From Candidatus Saccharimonadales bacterium (GTDB lineage Bacteria > Patescibacteriota > Saccharimonadia > UBA4664 > SCTI01), in NCBI GenBank assembly GCA_035479795.1, contig DATIII010000002.1:7-64006 (forward strand): a stretch of DNA of 64,000 nt, given 5' to 3'. Positions within the stretch are counted from its first letter, which is position 1. Every line of letters begins with the position of its first letter. A program made the translations under genes and the position numbers. The notes under the pieces were generated by a model. The model was not told where the DNA came from. It saw only the letters and a program-made list of their open reading frames with translations, and did not search any database. Shown piece by piece: positions 52,984-62,928 of this stretch.

Positions 52984-54098
52984 TATCGATCGCCCCCGGC
53001 TTGCAAGATCACCTGGGCCAATTTATCAGCGGCATCTTTCGCCCCAAATTGTTTTATATTGTGGCTCAACTCGGCTCGCTTTGAAGGGTTATTAACTATA
53101 TCCAGAATGGTGTCTAAAAACTGCGCTGATGATAGCTTGGCCTCATTCAGCACAACGGCGGCACCCGCTTGGTCTAAACGGCGGGCATTACCAACTTGGT
53201 GGGCGGCCATCTGTCGATTAGGGATTATGATACTGGGTTTGGCCAGCGTCGCCAGCTCAGCGATGGTATTGGCGCCAGCTCGGCTCACCACCACGTCGGC
53301 CGCTGCATAGGCCAATGCGAAATCATCCTTTAGATAGGAAGCTACAAAGTAGCGATCCCCTCCCCTTTTCCTAATTTCTCCGTATTCTGCTGGGCCGGTA
53401 ACATGAATTACCTGGCAGCCCCGAGTCAACTCATCAATGATAGTTTCGACCAACTGGTTAATATTATGAGCTCCCTGGCTCCCCCCGATTACTAAAACTG
53501 TCGGCAGATCACGATCAAAGCCAAAGTGATCAAGACCGGCTAGGCGCTTGGCCTTCATTAGTTCGGGTCTGACTGGAGTGCCCGTAAATATCAGGTGGCG
53601 GTGCCAGAAACGATAAACCTCTACTGGGAAGCCGACTGCAACCTGAGCGGCCCACTTGGCTAGAATTTTGTTATTTAGACCAGGAGTGGAATCTGGTTCG
53701 TGAATAACCATGGGTACCCGTAGAGCCCACGCGGCAAGACCAACGGGAAGTCCAACAGTTCCAGCTTTGTTAAAAATAACATCGGGCCGAAACCACAGGA
53801 TGTGCCACATTGCTTGAAAAGCCGCTAAAAATACCAAAATAATATCCCGTAGGTTCAAGACGAGGTTGGTAAGACCAAGGTTGCCCAGTACACCACGCCC
53901 GGGCAAACGCCGGAACTTTCCTCCAAGTACAGGTCTGAAAGGCAGCTTGGCTGCCCTAACCAATCCTGCCTCGATACCAGAGGCCCGACCAATATATAAA
54001 AACTGGACCGATTTATCGCGACGTTTGAGGGCGTCGGCGACTGCCAACACCGGCGAGACGTGGCCGGCTGTTCCCCCACCGCTCAGCAGAATTCGCAT
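52983..54098 (-). CDS. murG: UDP-GlcNAc:undecaprenyl-PP-MurNAc-pentapeptide GlcNAc transferase MurG
   Basis: N-terminus MRILLSGGGTAGHVSP and C-terminal GT-B motifs. Confidence 0.9.
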   Translation of the reverse strand: MRILLSGGGTAGHVSPVLAVADALKRRDKSVQFLYIGRASGIEAGLVRAAKLPFRPVLGGKFRRLPGRGVLGNLGLTNLVLNLRDIILVFLAAFQAMWHILWFRPDVIFNKAGTVGLPVGLAAWALRVPMVIHEPDSTPGLNNKILAKWAAQVAVGFPVEVYRFWHRHLIFTGTPVRPELMKAKRLAGLDHFGFDRDLPTVLVIGGSQGAHNINQLVETIIDELTRGCQVIHVTGPAEYGEIRKRGGDRYFVASYLKDDFALAYAAADVVVSRAGANTIAELATLAKPSIIIPNRQMAAHQVGNARRLDQAGAAVVLNEAKLSSAQFLDTILDIVNNPSKRAELSHNIKQFGAKDAADKLAQVILQAGGDR

Positions 54099-55218
54099 TT
54101 TCTACCTCTTTTACCGTGTACTTAGAAATATTTAGTAGCATTCCGACAGCGAACATCATGATAACCAGGCTCGACCCACCATAGCTTATAAACGGCAGCG
54201 GGATGCCCGTTAGGGGCACTAGCGAAACCATGGCGGCAATATTAATGAAGGCCTGGAAAAACAGCACGAGCGTCAATCCTCCGGCTACTAGGCGAGCAAA
54301 CATATCCGGCGCAGTTTGAGCGATTTTAATCCCCCGCCAAACTAAAACACCAAACAAACCAATGATTAGCAGCGCTCCAATTAGCCCAAATTCTTCGCCA
54401 ATTACTGCAAATATCGAGTCATTAGACGCCTCTGGTAGATACCCATAGATCTGGATGCTTTTGCCCAAACCTGCTCCCAAGATCCCCCCACTGCCAATCG
54501 CAATCAGAGCTTGGTTTACGTGATAACCTCCTCCACTGGCATCTTTACTCGGGTCTAAAAAGGTAGCCAAACGGCTCAGGCGATGCGGGAAGCTAACGAT
54601 CGCCATCCAACCAGCCACTACGGCTCCAGAGACTAAGATTCCCAGATCACGCAAACGAATTCCCGCTAGGTAAAACATGCCCATTGCCGACATTGCGACA
54701 ACCAGCATTGTTCCCATGTCACGCTGAAAAACAACCACTATGACACTCATAATCCCCAGCATGATCGCGAAGGGCACCACTCCGTCCCAAAAGCTTTTAA
54801 CCTCGGCTTGGCGCTTTTCAAACCAGGCCCCCAGATATACGACCATGGAAAGCTTGAGCAGCTCCGCCGGCTGGAAGGACACAGGACCCAGATTGAGCCA
54901 TCTGGTGGCTCCGTTTTTGGAGAAGCTTAAACCTGGCACCCAGAGAGCCAACAGAGCGATCACCGAGATTACCAAAAAGAGCAAGGCGTAGCGTCGCCAA
55001 ACCTTATAATATATGCTCGAGGCAATCATGAATGAAATCACCCCGGCAGCAATATTGATCAGCTGACCCTTAAAGTAGTAACCAGCATCAACGCGTCCAA
55101 GGAGCTTTTGGCTAAGTGCCGGGTTAATGTTATACATCATTATCAGCCCAAAAGTTAAAAGAACGCTGACAATAACCGTCAGCATGTAGTCCGGCCGATG
55201 CGCCCGGGCCGTGTTCAC
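54013..55218 (-). CDS. ftsW: SEDS-family peptidoglycan polymerase FtsW
   Basis: 10 transmembrane segments and SEDS motifs. Lies between mraY and murG. The 3' end overlaps the murG start by 86 nt in the ORF track. Confidence 0.85.
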   Translation of the reverse strand: MNTARAHRPDYMLTVIVSVLLTFGLIMMYNINPALSQKLLGRVDAGYYFKGQLINIAAGVISFMIASSIYYKVWRRYALLFLVISVIALLALWVPGLSFSKNGATRWLNLGPVSFQPAELLKLSMVVYLGAWFEKRQAEVKSFWDGVVPFAIMLGIMSVIVVVFQRDMGTMLVVAMSAMGMFYLAGIRLRDLGILVSGAVVAGWMAIVSFPHRLSRLATFLDPSKDASGGGYHVNQALIAIGSGGILGAGLGKSIQIYGYLPEASNDSIFAVIGEEFGLIGALLIIGLFGVLVWRGIKIAQTAPDMFARLVAGGLTLVLFFQAFINIAAMVSLVPLTGIPLPFISYGGSSLVIMMFAVGMLLNISKYTVKEVENANSAERWGNSRPRLAGVGSRRRPQTSR

Positions 55219-56252
55219 AAACTATGATTTCCGAGTAAGCCAATCACCAAACCAATCGCGCCAACCACCTGGCCAACCACCCAGAATCGCATAGTAACCT
55301 TGGTTTCCGGCCAACCAATAGCTTCAAAATGATGATGGATGGGCGCTGATAGGAAAATCTTTCGCTTAAATAGCTTCTTTGACATTATTTGTAGCGCACT
55401 TGAACCGGCTTCCACCACAAACACGGCCCCAATAATCGGTAGGACCACGATCGAATTGGTCAGCACAGCGATAACACCCAGAGTCGTTCCCATGGCAAAG
55501 GCACCTGAATCCCCCATCAGAAAGCGCATCGGGTAAATACTAAACCAGGTGTAAGCCAGCATTATCCCCACCAAGGTCGCACAAAAAGCGGCTATGCCAA
55601 AGTTTCCCTGGAAATACGCGATTACGGCGTAAGCTGCAAAAGCGGTAGACAGCAATCCCCCGGCAAGGCCGTCGAGACCATCTGTTATGTTAACCGCATT
55701 GGCAGTCGATACTACCACGGCCACGAACAGTGGAATATACAGCCAACCAATAGAAAAATCACCAACGGCGGGTATATGAATAAGATGATAGCCCAGCTTA
55801 AAGTAAAAATAGAGCGAACCGAGAATCGCGATGATTAAAATGAGATTGAATTTAAGCTTCGCTCTCAGGCCTCCGGCCAGGTTGGATGATCCTCTGATGT
55901 TGATATAGTCATCGAGTAACCCAACTAGCCCAGCCGCAACTAGTACAAACAAAGGCAGATAGGTTTGACTCCGACTCAAGTTCAGCAGCAGCGTGACGAC
56001 TACCGCCGTAATAATCATGATCATGCCCCCCATTGTCGGGATGTCACGTTTATGTTTAGCTGCCTGCAGACTATGAACAATCGGAGCCGCCTCACCCGTT
56101 GTGGCGTGAGTACGGGCCTTCTTCCACCACTTGAATCTAAACGCTAGTGTGGTGTACACGGGCGTCAGCAGCATGGCCAAAGCGAAGCCAGCTGCGCCTA
56201 GCAAAAAGACGTGCGAAAGCGGAACTATTTGTGATTCGTGGACGAAGGTCAT
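55215..56252 (-). CDS. mraY: Phospho-N-acetylmuramoyl-pentapeptide transferase MraY
   Basis: Polytopic. Motifs TMGG and NAVNITDGLDGLA. Confidence 0.9.
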   Translation of the reverse strand: MTFVHESQIVPLSHVFLLGAAGFALAMLLTPVYTTLAFRFKWWKKARTHATTGEAAPIVHSLQAAKHKRDIPTMGGMIMIITAVVVTLLLNLSRSQTYLPLFVLVAAGLVGLLDDYINIRGSSNLAGGLRAKLKFNLILIIAILGSLYFYFKLGYHLIHIPAVGDFSIGWLYIPLFVAVVVSTANAVNITDGLDGLAGGLLSTAFAAYAVIAYFQGNFGIAAFCATLVGIMLAYTWFSIYPMRFLMGDSGAFAMGTTLGVIAVLTNSIVVLPIIGAVFVVEAGSSALQIMSKKLFKRKIFLSAPIHHHFEAIGWPETKVTMRFWVVGQVVGAIGLVIGLLGNHSL

Positions 56253-56281
56253 TGCTCTAACATTACCATTTTCTCATCTGT

Positions 56282-58015
56282 TTATCCAGATGGCGGCACC
56301 GCATAATATTGCAGCAACCAGCGCGTTAAATTAGCAAAAATCGGCACCGTAGTACTTTCGGCAAAGCCAGCTACCTTGGGTTTATTGACCCGCACCATAA
56401 CCACGAACTTGGGATCTTCAATCGGCGCAAACCCAGCGAATGATCCAATGTTGACGCCCTCGATATATCCTGGGCCGTTCGGGTTAGGAATCTGGGCCGT
56501 ACCGGTTTTACCAGCAATTTTGTAGCCCGGGGTAAAGGCGCGATAGCCAGACCCATGATGCACCACCACCTCCATCATATTACCCAAGTCGGTAGCCGTC
56601 TGCTTAGAAATGACCTTGGGGTTAATTACTTTTGGAGCAGTTTTTTGCACCGATCCATCAGCCTTATCTCGCTCGGCTACCACATATGGCTGGTAGAGTT
56701 TACCTCCATTGGCTATGGCGCCGACGGCGGCAGCCACTTGAATCATGGTGGTTGAGATTCCCTGCCCGAATGACATATTGGCGAAGGTGACGTCACTGCT
56801 CGTCGGAGGTGGCACGTAGCCGCTGGCCTCGCCCTGTTGTTCAATTCCGGTGCGTTTGCCGAACTTGAAATGATCAGTTATGAAGCTTCGAAATGACTGC
56901 TTTGAGGTAGAGGTTATCTTGTTCGGATCAGTCCCTAATAATTTAAGTATGTACATGACACCGGTATTCAGCGAGTCTCGCAGAACCACTGTCATCGTCG
57001 TATTGGGGCCTTCATGATGGTTCTCGGCATTACAGACCTTGTAGCCACTTACCTGCTCACAACCATTATCGGTATAGGTGCTATCTGGCTTAACTTTACC
57101 CAAATCGAGGCCGGCAGCCATGGTAAAGACCTTGAAAACAGAGCCTGGCTCAAATTGGTTTGTTACCACGCTGTTGGAAAATGTGGTGTAATCCGCGACC
57201 TTTGTGTAATCGTTAGGGTCGTAGGTTGGATAATTGGCCATGGCTTTTACGGCACCAGTGTCCGGATCAAGCACTACTACACTACCCGATTCCGCCTTAA
57301 CCTCCTCCACCCCCTGTTTTAAGAAAGTTTCGGCTTGGGATTGAATGTTTCGATCAAGCGTTAAAACCAAACCAGTGCCATCAGTTGGCTGTTTAATTAC
57401 GTTGTCGGTGGTAGCAATCGGCACACCATTAGTGTCAGTTTTGGCATTCAACTGACCAGGGTTCCCTTTGAGTTCGGTGTTGAGAAAACCCTCCACTCCA
57501 TACTGTCCATCGCCGTCATTATTTACAAAACCTAGCGCCTGGCTGGCCAATGAGCCCTCCGGATAAGTACGATAATCTTGATTAACCATACCAACTCCGC
57601 GCAAATGAAGACTAGTAATGGCGGCTGCCATCTTTTCATCAACGCGCGTCTTTAAAACCGCATATTCATGGCCTTTGTTTAAGGCGTCGAGCAGTTTGTC
57701 GGCTGGATCGCCAGTTACAGCTGCCAATTTTGTGGCGGCCGACGCCTTGTCCTCCATGATGCTGGGGTCGGCGTAAACCAGCTTTAGGGTTTGATTGAGC
57801 GCTAAGGGGACTTTGTTGTCACCATCTTTGACATAAATTTGGCCTCGAGCGGCCGGAATCTCATATTTGCGTTGATGTTCGCTGAATGCTAGCTGCCGGT
57901 AATGGCTATATTGAATAATTTGTAAATCAACCAGCCGGCTGACAATTAAGACACCTAAAACAACCACGACAAACTTTAAGCTGCTAACCCGCAGATTTTG
58001 TCCGAGCGACTGCAT
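56282..58015 (-). CDS. ftsI: Class B penicillin-binding protein FtsI (PBP dimerisation + transpeptidase domains)
   Basis: N-terminal transmembrane segment. SxxK as SVFK, SxN, and KTG as KTGTA. Confidence 0.85.
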   Translation of the reverse strand: MQSLGQNLRVSSLKFVVVVLGVLIVSRLVDLQIIQYSHYRQLAFSEHQRKYEIPAARGQIYVKDGDNKVPLALNQTLKLVYADPSIMEDKASAATKLAAVTGDPADKLLDALNKGHEYAVLKTRVDEKMAAAITSLHLRGVGMVNQDYRTYPEGSLASQALGFVNNDGDGQYGVEGFLNTELKGNPGQLNAKTDTNGVPIATTDNVIKQPTDGTGLVLTLDRNIQSQAETFLKQGVEEVKAESGSVVVLDPDTGAVKAMANYPTYDPNDYTKVADYTTFSNSVVTNQFEPGSVFKVFTMAAGLDLGKVKPDSTYTDNGCEQVSGYKVCNAENHHEGPNTTMTVVLRDSLNTGVMYILKLLGTDPNKITSTSKQSFRSFITDHFKFGKRTGIEQQGEASGYVPPPTSSDVTFANMSFGQGISTTMIQVAAAVGAIANGGKLYQPYVVAERDKADGSVQKTAPKVINPKVISKQTATDLGNMMEVVVHHGSGYRAFTPGYKIAGKTGTAQIPNPNGPGYIEGVNIGSFAGFAPIEDPKFVVMVRVNKPKVAGFAESTTVPIFANLTRWLLQYYAVPPSG

Positions 58016-58018
58016 CGG

Positions 58019-58399
58019 CTACTTAGCGTAGGTAACTTGGGTGGTTGGTACCAAGCCTTTGACCGCTTGGGAGTTTTGAATTTGCTGAATTGAAGTTAAC
58101 CTGGCGGCCTCAACTTCCAAGGCTTGCTTTGATTGCAAGGCCTGCTTCTGCTGTGCTTGCAGAGCTGATAGCTGATAGCCAAAGACACTAGATTTGGTTA
58201 TTTGGTTGAGATACAAGAGCGCTAGAACTGTGATGGTCAAGATCATCACGACCGTAGCCGATACCGGACCAAGTTTAAGTTCGGTCCCGGTCCGGGCCAG
58301 GTTCTGGTTGCGCCGCATAGCATAGGTTGCGGTCGACATGTGTAAGGCTTCCTTTTTGGTTTTGGTTTTTGGTGCTTTATACGGGTTGGCGGTGCTCAT
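58019..58399 (-). CDS. ftsL: FtsL-like division protein (single TM + coiled coil)
   Basis: Position between rsmH and ftsI. Transmembrane segment then QAQQKQALQSKQALEVE coiled coil. Real start is probably the internal Met. Confidence 0.5.
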   Translation of the reverse strand: MSTANPYKAPKTKTKKEALHMSTATYAMRRNQNLARTGTELKLGPVSATVVMILTITVLALLYLNQITKSSVFGYQLSALQAQQKQALQSKQALEVEAARLTSIQQIQNSQAVKGLVPTTQVTYAK

Positions 58400-58511
58400 C
58401 TCGCCCGACTTTTACATCGGGCCACCGCCAACCCTGGGGTTGTCGGTCGTTATTTAACGACGCGGACTTTGATGCGCTGAGCGCGTTGCGGGGCTACTTT
58501 GATGACTAAAG

Positions 58512-59435
58512 TCACTTTGGCTCCTTTTGGTTTTTTATTTTCACTGCGGCTCGAAGTTTTGCGCTGCGAGCACGCGGGTTAAAAGCATCTTCGGTCCCGG
58601 AAACTGCCTTTCGAGTCAGTTTCTTCAAGGATGCCACATGGTCGCAAACACATATCGGTTGCTCGGATGGGCAGATACAGTCCCGGGATTCTTGGTTAAT
58701 AAACTCTTTAACAATTCTGTCTTCTAACGAGTGGAAGCTAATAACAGCCAGTCGTCCTTCAACATTCAAGATGTCGACAAGAATCGGTAGAGCTGACGTG
58801 AGTTGCTCGAGCTCGCTGTTTACAGCTATGCGGAGAGCTTGGAAGGTACGGGTTGCTGGATGAATGTCTTCGCGGTAGCCAATAGTTTTGCCGATTAGAT
58901 CCGCCAGCGCTTTGGTGCTACTAAGCGGTCGGGCGGCAACAATGGCCCCCGCGATACGACGTGATTTTCGTTCCTCTCCGAACTTGTATATTAAGTTCGC
59001 CAGCCGTTGCTCATCGTAATGGTTAACGATATCAGCAGCTGTCAGATTACCCACGGCGTCCATACGCATGTCGAGTGGCCCATCGGTTCGAAAACTAAAG
59101 CCTCTTTCTGGCGTGTCCAGCTGTGGTGACGAAACCCCTAAATCGAGCAGTACCATGTCTATCTGAGTGCCTCGCTCTTTTAAATCTTGAGCGGCTTCCA
59201 GATAGTTTTCATGGATAATCTCTACCCTATTTGCAAACTTCTGCTGCAGACTTTTAACTGCTTCGGAGTCGCGATCAACCAGTATGGCTTCTCCGCTTTC
59301 GCCGATAATTTCGATTATGGCTGCAGCGTGCCCGCCGTAACCCGCAGTACCGTCAAAGTAAGTCTCACCAGCCTTAGGGGCTAGCAGCTCAACGACTTTG
59401 TCGCGCAGTACAGGAATGTGTGGTTGGGTGGTCAT
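58512..59435 (-). CDS. rsmH: 16S rRNA (cytosine1402-N4)-methyltransferase RsmH (MraW)
   Basis: N-terminus HIPVL and SAM motifs DGTAGYGGH and DLGVSS. Confidence 0.9.
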   Translation of the reverse strand: MTTQPHIPVLRDKVVELLAPKAGETYFDGTAGYGGHAAAIIEIIGESGEAILVDRDSEAVKSLQQKFANRVEIIHENYLEAAQDLKERGTQIDMVLLDLGVSSPQLDTPERGFSFRTDGPLDMRMDAVGNLTAADIVNHYDEQRLANLIYKFGEERKSRRIAGAIVAARPLSSTKALADLIGKTIGYREDIHPATRTFQALRIAVNSELEQLTSALPILVDILNVEGRLAVISFHSLEDRIVKEFINQESRDCICPSEQPICVCDHVASLKKLTRKAVSGTEDAFNPRARSAKLRAAVKIKNQKEPK

Positions 59436-59725
59436 TTCAAGGTCACCTATTTAGCAGCCAGCTTTTGTTTGAAGTTTTTGTTTTTGTAGAGTTTTTCCGC
59501 CGAAGGCGGAAGTTAGTCTCTAAAGCGAGACTAGATGTGGTAAGGAATTTCTCATAATTCCATGTGGAAGTGTGGGTCATTCCTTAAAACGAAAAGTGTG
59601 TGAGGTGGAGTTTTTTGTTGGTAGGAGCCAGGGCGTTTGCGGTATCCCTAAGGACCGTTGCGCTGACTGCCAAGTAGTTGGTCTTGAATTTTTGTTTTTG
59701 TATTTTCAAAGAGCGGGTGTGGTTT

Positions 59726-60115
59726 TTAGCTACGAGGAGTTTTCAGTCTCCAGTAATCCCCTGGCAGCTTAGTAGCGACTACTTCACGGTTTTTGTCGAA
59801 CCCGCCGTAAGCCAGCAATTCCTTATCGATGATGATACGGCCCTGCTTGGTATCCATGGTTGTCTCGCTCAGTCCTTCGATGATTCGATCAGCCATATCG
59901 GCTAGATCTTCGTCGAAAAGAATGGGCATGGCCCCGCCTCCGCGACCTTTGGTGGCCGCTTCGAACTGAGTATTCCAGACGTTCTCCGGGTAGAGATGTA
60001 AGTAGTCTTTAAAGCCTTTAGTGATAACAATCTTCCCCCCTGCAAACTCGTCATGGAGCTCGGCTGGAATTGTCAGCCGGTTCTTGTCATCGAGTTTGCG
60101 TCGGAAGTATCTCAC
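59726..60115 (-). CDS. mraZ: Transcriptional regulator MraZ
   Basis: Tandem MraZ half-domains with DxxxR as DDKNRLTIP and DKELL. Confidence 0.8.
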   Translation of the reverse strand: MRYFRRKLDDKNRLTIPAELHDEFAGGKIVITKGFKDYLHLYPENVWNTQFEAATKGRGGGAMPILFDEDLADMADRIIEGLSETTMDTKQGRIIIDKELLAYGGFDKNREVVATKLPGDYWRLKTPRS

Positions 60116-60176
60116 TTATGCTCCTTTTCAACCCTCTTGAATTACCCTCTTTTGTAATTCACTGTCATCAGTTTAT

Positions 60177-60214
60177 CACCCACTTTTACCCACTGTCAAC
60201 AACATTTACCCACT
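60177..60214 (-). promoter_or_regulatory. Putative MraZ operator: three direct repeats AAGTGGGT (minus-strand reading), 10 and 20 bp apart, upstream of mraZ
   Basis: Plus-strand ACCCACT at 60178, 60188 and 60208. The reverse-complement contains AAAGTGGG, matching the GTGGG / AAAGTG[GT]G repeats reported for MraZ boxes. Confidence 0.45.
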
Positions 60215-60290
60215 TTCTTCCAGTATTTTACATCTAAAAAAATAATGGCTCTGCGGAGCCATTATTTGTTAAACTTAGCTATTTTGACTG

Positions 60291-61685
60291 CTAGTTAGCT
60301 GGGGAGTTAAACCCTTCCAGCTGTTTCCAAACCTCTACCTGCAGGTTCTCAATCGGTACTCTCACCTGTTCCAGGGTGTCACGGTGACGGATAGTTACCT
60401 GCTTATCATCGAGTGATTCGAAATCCACGGTCACGCACAGCGGCGTACCAATTTCATCCTGGCGGCGGTAACGGCGGCCGATTGACTGGGTCTCGTCATA
60501 TTCAGTGCGGTATTTATCGCTGAGCTGGTCAAAAACTTCGTGCGCGAGCTTAGACAGCTCCGGTTTTTTAGAAAGTGGAAGAACAGCTACCTTAATTGGG
60601 GCTACCTCCGGCGTAAACTTCAGCACCACCCGCTTTTCTCCATTCACCTCCTCCTCATGGTAGGCGCTGTGGAGTAGGGCTAACATGAGCCGTCCAACGC
60701 CGACTGAAGGCTCAATGACATTTGGAGTATAGCGATTGCCACTAGCCTCATCGAAATAGCTAAGATCTTTCCCACTCCCCTCGCTCTGGGCCTTGAGATC
60801 AAAGTCGGTACGGTTAGCGATGCCCCACAGCTCTTTCTTGCCAAAGGGATAGGCGTATTGGATGTCAGTGCTAGCCGCCGCGTAGTGTGCTCGCTCATCT
60901 TTATCGTGATCATACCAACTGATGTTGTCTTTTTTTAAACCGATCCTGAGCAACCAGTCCCAGCAGTACTGTTTCCAGCGCTCATATTCAGTTTTTTGGT
61001 CATCCGGGTGAATGAAGAACTCAAGCTCCATCTGTTCAAGTTCGCGAACTCTAAAGATAAAGTCTCCGGGTGTTATTTCATTACGAAAGGCCTTGCCTAT
61101 CTGAGCAATACCAAAGGGAATGCGCTGGCGGCTAGTCTCCATCACATTGGCAAACTGGGCAAAGATGCCACCAGCCGTTTCGGGACGCAGGTAGGCTAAA
61201 TTGGCATCATCTTGAACCGGGCCGACATAGGTCTTAAACATCATTTGAAAAGTTCGAGTTGGAGTAAAGGTACCTTTCTTCCCGCAATTAGGACATGCCA
61301 TGTCTTCAAGAGCCTTATCGTATTGCTTTAGATCTTTGGTCTCAATCCCAGCAATGTGATCCGCCCGAAAGCGATGTTTGCAATTTTTGCAGTCCACCAT
61401 CGGATCTACAAAGGTCTCAACATGACCGCTGGCCTGCCACATTTTGGGGTTCTGAATAATGGTTGAATCCAAGCCAACTACGTTGTCATGCTTCCAGACA
61501 AAGGCCTTCCACCAGGCATCACGGATATTTTTAGCCAACTCGGTGCCGTAAGGGCCATAATCCCAAAACCCGGCCAGGCCCCCGTAAATTTCACTGGCCT
61601 GAAACACAAAGCCCCGCCGCTTGGTCAGCGAAACGAGCTCTTCCATGCTTGGGCCATTAAGTTTTTGAGTTTTTGCCATTACCAC
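60291..61685 (-). CDS. glyQS: Glycyl-tRNA synthetase, dimeric class II type
   Basis: Class II motifs FRNEITPGDFIFRVRE and GVGRLML. Typical insertion and anticodon-binding domain. 464 aa. Confidence 0.9.
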   Translation of the reverse strand: MVMAKTQKLNGPSMEELVSLTKRRGFVFQASEIYGGLAGFWDYGPYGTELAKNIRDAWWKAFVWKHDNVVGLDSTIIQNPKMWQASGHVETFVDPMVDCKNCKHRFRADHIAGIETKDLKQYDKALEDMACPNCGKKGTFTPTRTFQMMFKTYVGPVQDDANLAYLRPETAGGIFAQFANVMETSRQRIPFGIAQIGKAFRNEITPGDFIFRVRELEQMELEFFIHPDDQKTEYERWKQYCWDWLLRIGLKKDNISWYDHDKDERAHYAAASTDIQYAYPFGKKELWGIANRTDFDLKAQSEGSGKDLSYFDEASGNRYTPNVIEPSVGVGRLMLALLHSAYHEEEVNGEKRVVLKFTPEVAPIKVAVLPLSKKPELSKLAHEVFDQLSDKYRTEYDETQSIGRRYRRQDEIGTPLCVTVDFESLDDKQVTIRHRDTLEQVRVPIENLQVEVWKQLEGFNSPAN

Positions 61686-61713
61686 TAATTATATGTTCAG
61701 ATCAACCCCTGGC

Positions 61714-62442
61714 TCAAGCTAAAACCTGCTCGCTCCTGAAGCGTTTGCCGAAAGTATAGTCGTAAAAGGCGTTACAAATGACTAGACCCTCTGATGACAG
61801 CTTGGCAATGTCGGCAATCTCTCGAATTGTTTCCGGAGGTCGGCTGAGCATTATCCGCCACAGTTTAATCTGGGTTTGATCCATCGGCAAATTGCCGGCG
61901 GTCGAGCAGCCATCATCAACAATCCCCCCGAGCTCCAAATTAAACCGGTAACCTCGCTGATCATCGCTGGCTTTGCAAATCATACAACCCTCTAAAGCCG
62001 GCCGATAGCCCAACTTATCAAGCAGCCCCAGCTTAAACCACAGCTCTAAAGTCGGGCCAGCCTGCCCTCTATCCAACTCTGCCAGCGAAGTAGCCAATAG
62101 CTCGTATAGCCCGTCATGATGCTGATTTTCGCCTCCAAGCTTGGCCACAATTTCGCTAAATAAATAAGCCTGACGCAACTGTTCGTAATCGCCAACTAAG
62201 GTTGCTGGGAGTTTTACCAGACGAGCTGAAGTTAGAACATCCATACTCTTGCCTTTGACGAGCATTAATTCGCTTTCGTTAAACGGTTCCAGATGACCAG
62301 CCAGTTTGCTTTTGGCCCGACGCAGGCCTTTCCCGACCACGCGTATCATCCCTCGGTCCCTGGTTAGAATCGTCAGAATTCGATCGGCTTCGCCCAGGTT
62401 CGTACGGCTTAAAATTATGCCGGTAGTTTTATAGCTACGCAT
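61714..62442 (-). CDS. recO: DNA repair protein RecO
   Basis: N-terminal OB-fold MRSYKTTGIILSRTNLGEADRILTILT and a C-terminal Cys cluster CMICKASDD. Confidence 0.7.
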   Translation of the reverse strand: MRSYKTTGIILSRTNLGEADRILTILTRDRGMIRVVGKGLRRAKSKLAGHLEPFNESELMLVKGKSMDVLTSARLVKLPATLVGDYEQLRQAYLFSEIVAKLGGENQHHDGLYELLATSLAELDRGQAGPTLELWFKLGLLDKLGYRPALEGCMICKASDDQRGYRFNLELGGIVDDGCSTAGNLPMDQTQIKLWRIMLSRPPETIREIADIAKLSSEGLVICNAFYDYTFGKRFRSEQVLA

Positions 62443-62516
62443 GGTTTTAGTATCTAGGATTTAGGATGTAGGATCTAGAGTCCTTTTGGTCTAAACCTCA
62501 ATTCTAAATTCTGAAT

Positions 62517-62891
62517 CTAACTGAGTGCTTTCATCACTTTTGTGACAACTTCGTCTGGAGTGTGATGGGATTTGATTAGATAATCGTTAACGCCCAGCGC
62601 CCGAGCCAGCTCTTGGTTCATATCGACTTCTTGCTCACCTAGATTTGTTAACAAAATGACTGGCAGATTACGTAGATTCGGCTTTTTCTTAATCTCTTTC
62701 AAGACATGAAAGCCGTTGAGTTTGGGCATAAGAATATCCAGCAAAATAATATCGGGCAGATAGTCCTCTAGAAGATCCAGACACTCTTGACCATTGGTGG
62801 CCACCACAATATCGTGGCCTTCAAGTTCAAACTTTGCCTGATACATTTCAACCAAAATGGCATCATCTTCCACCAGCATTATCTTGGCCAT
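62517..62891 (-). CDS. Single-domain CheY-like response regulator
   Basis: Receiver motifs MLVEDD, IILLDILMP and a conserved Lys. Confidence 0.8.
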   Translation of the reverse strand: MAKIMLVEDDAILVEMYQAKFELEGHDIVVATNGQECLDLLEDYLPDIILLDILMPKLNGFHVLKEIKKKPNLRNLPVILLTNLGEQEVDMNQELARALGVNDYLIKSHHTPDEVVTKVMKALS

Positions 62892-62928
62892 ATTTGATTA
62901 CTCCTTTTCGTATCCCAGTATTATACAC

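Noticed and set aside
54013-54098. 86-nt overlap between the ftsW 3' end and the murG 5' end as a sign of a frameshift or pseudogene
   Set aside because: Both reading frames are intact with conserved termini (murG MRILLSGGGTAGHV). A long out-of-frame overlap is unusual but does not by itself indicate a frameshift. It is flagged only as an annotation ambiguity.
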